Part shown: positions 61,316-64,000 of the stretch, in pieces
Numbering within the stretch: position 1 is the stretch's first letter
Layout: every line of letters begins with the position of its first letter
Assembly (NCBI GenBank): GCA_028534125.1
Contig: CM052817.1
Location: 40,736,001 to 40,800,000 of the forward strand
From: Lama glama
Taxonomy: Eukaryota
Direction: 5' to 3'
DNA: 64,000 nucleotides
The notes under the pieces: generated by a model
The model's database searches: none
Seen by the model: the letters and a program-made list of their open reading frames with translations, nothing else
Told to the model about the DNA's origin: nothing
Program-made: the position numbers and the translations under genes

Positions 61316-63074
61316 ATTACCATAGAAATTAATGATGGGGAAGATTGGGAGTGTGGATTCCACATCCTGATTTGTGCTATTTGGCTGTGGAAGATGTTGT
61401 CTGAGACACACCTCTGCCCGGGGAGAATTGGAAGGTCAGGGCTAACAGGGGAAGGAACAGAGGAAATAGAAATATTATTTTAAAAAAAAGCTTCGGTCTA
61501 AGTACATGGCTGTTATAGAACTCACGGAGGGGTACGGTTGGATGGGAACTGTCCTTTCCTTCCCTTCAGGCTGGTGCAGGACTTGCCTTGCTTTCTCCTC
61601 CTTTCAACCCCCAAGTATTTAGATTTGGTCTGAATTTGAGTCTTTTTTTTTTAATTGTGAGACCGATGGAGCCCTAAGGGTGATCTTGTCCAGAACTCCT
61701 TACTCTCACTGACTGTCTAGTGCAGAGTGGATCTGGGCCTCTGTGGATAGTTAGAACTGAACAAACCTTTAGGGGGATGGTGTGCTTTTGGCCAGAGCCA
61801 AGAGCCTGCCATTCACTGTCGCATCTGTCTTTCCTGTGGACTTTTAAGGACACAGGCCACACCAATTATGATGGACCAGTCAATGGAGGGATTTGAAGCA
61901 ATGAAATGCAAACAAGAATGGTGTTTAGCTTTCTGGTTCCCATGGGATCCCTTCCCACCGGGGAGTCAGGCTGCCACGTGTTCAGCTCTGTCCCTGTAGC
62001 AGTCTGCTTTTTAGTGCCAACTTCCTCTGCCTGCTCCATTGTTTGTGGCCGGTGTGGCCACCATTGCTCCTGAGTGGTACCATGGTCCTGGCCCTGGTGT
62101 TCCTTTGCCTAGTGTTGGCTATGCTCCTACTTGCTACTGGCCATTGGTGCACTTGGCCCCAGGGGTTTCATATGATGCCCCACTTCCTTCCCAAGTGAAA
62201 GTGAACTCTGGCTCTTCATCCTTGAGCCATGGTTTCTAAGGGTGTGGCATAGCCTTGATGCCACAATGGGTTTTGTTGTTGTTATGCGGTATCAGTCCTC
62301 TCATTGTCATTGTGGTCACCTAGGCACTCTCACCATCACCAGGATGAACCAGGCCCTTTCCCACAAGCATAATGACACTTATTTAAGCCCCAAACTGGGA
62401 GGAGTAACTTAGTCTCTTATTATACCTGTAATATTTCCACTTTCCCATTTATTGATTCAATTTCTTCAGACTGCACCTCTCTCATGAGTCAAAATACAGG
62501 TTCCCTCCAGCACTGGGTTGGAAGATGATTAATATCACACTAAATGACTTAACCCCTTAAATAGCCCAGTATCCTTTTGTGCTGACCGTCAGCCAATTAT
62601 AATGCTTAAACATTGAATCTTTCCCACATTAGACAACGTCTCCTTTCCATCCCAGACAGCCAGAACAAGGCTGGGAGGATCAGGTGTGTCTCTTTGTCTA
62701 TTGAAGAGTCTCTAGCCATCAGTTTCAAATATCTTGCAAAGATTCTTCCAGGGAGCATCATTATAGCTTTCAAATAAATAAACCCTGACATCTCCCTGTA
62801 CCAGGACTGAAACCCCAAATTCCTGCATCAAAGGAGTAAGCTTGGCTGGGATATGGGAGTGGAACCTAAAGGACATGATGCTGGGCCCTTCTCCCTCCCT
62901 CCATCTCCCTCCATCTCTCTCTCTCTCTTGCTCGCTCGCTCGCTCGCTCTCCCTCCTTCCTCATTTTTTCTTTTGTTTTGCACCTAGTTCAAAAAAAGTG
63001 CTATTTTGGGGGGCAAAATCTCAGCCTTGGCATGATTTAGTGAAGATGTGAAGGGGCACTGAAGAAATGACTCA

Positions 63075-63195
63075 ATGGAAAGAGCATGGGCTACCAGGAG
63101 ATTTAGAATCTGGGTTCCCCTCTGTCAATATACTAGCTGTGTAAACTTGGGCAAAAACCTTAACCTCTCTGTGCCTATGATTCTGTAAAGTAGGG
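63075..63195 (+). mobile_element. MIR SINE
   Basis: tactagctgtgtaaacttgggcaa...ttaacctctctgtgcct. Confidence 0.75.
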
Positions 63196-64000
63196 TCAGG
63201 GGAGGGAGAAGTGGTGGATTGGACTAAATTCTTAAAAACATTCTCTTTTAATGGAAATGACCTTCTAGCAACTAGTGATGGAGAAGGCTTAGTATATACT
63301 AGGCTTTCCCACCTACCTTCTGGTTAAGGAAGAATGGAGGTCCAGCCATGTGCTCACTTGTTGCACCAAGAAAGAAGTGAGGCAGTTATTAAATTTAAAT
63401 CAGTAGTATTACTTGAGCACAGAAGATGGAACTGTTTTCCCCCAAATTGTTTTGATTGCTGCCAGTAGCTGCTATTTGGTATGAAATCCATTCAGATCAT
63501 CAAAAGCCAAAGGAACATACAGTGCATGAAAAGATGTTGTAATTGGCACCATTGTAACTCTGTACGGTGTGTGATCTTAGCTGGGAGGAAGGGAGGGCTG
63601 TCGGATAACTTGTAATCTAATTTTCTTTGTTGTAAAATAGAATGTTACTATTGTATTCCTGTGGAATAATAATTACACCATCTCAGCCAAATAGAGCGCC
63701 TTTCTCAGGAGGTGCTTAAAGAGCTCAATAGACATCCATTCAGCCTTGTAAACACAGGAAAACCTGGCTTGCTTGCATTTCTCTCAACTGAAAATTCCTA
63801 TTAGCCAGCATCTCCCCTCATCTGTCCTACCAGGATAAATGATTTTTATGCTGGTGAACCTGACGGCCCAAGAGACACTGAAGTGCCTTCTGAATCATCA
63901 AAGAATTATGAAACCTTCAATGGAGTTTCAGTGTTAACTGCAATTTATGACAGCCTAATTTTTTTGAAAAGTGGTAATTCACGTGTTGCATAGGTGATAA

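Noticed and set aside
61930..62400. GC-richer block that could be coding or a pseudogene (similar blocks at about 240-720, 38180-38440 and 50980-51490)
   Set aside because: No recognisable peptide. These are more likely highly decayed ancient LTR elements, but I cannot assign a family.
1..64000. A novel multi-gene system, CRISPR array or operon
   Set aside because: This is eukaryotic repeat-rich DNA. I saw no regularly spaced repeat-spacer array, no dense coding, and no recognisable non-transposon protein.

Overview
This is AT-rich, CpG-depleted mammalian genomic DNA, most likely camelid (alpaca/llama/camel). That call rests on three tRNA-derived SINEs of the vic-1 type and on young L1 3' ends of a type I associate with camelid assemblies; it comes from recall of repeat families, not a database search. 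I found no intact, recognisable protein-coding or RNA gene, and no prokaryotic-type system. The only recognisable protein fragments are decayed LINE-1 ORF1 and ORF2. The window is an intergenic or deep intronic mosaic of L1, L2, MIR, MaLR/ERVL/ERV1 LTRs, DNA-transposon MITEs and SINEs. Between these lie repeat-poor blocks rich in homeodomain, POU and PBX-type motifs, which look like conserved non-coding enhancers. The best sequence-supported curiosities are: (1) a 56-bp tailless copy of an L1 5' terminus with a perfect 14-bp TSD; (2) a nested L1 > SINE > ERV1-type solo LTR insertion with TSDs preserved; (3) a SINE carrying a long unique 3' tail; (4) an assembly gap enclosed by an L1 TSD; (5) a 3'-truncated L1 5' half with a 250-codon antisense ORF; (6) a speculative chain of + strand exons. 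Repeat subfamily names and old-repeat boundaries are approximate.
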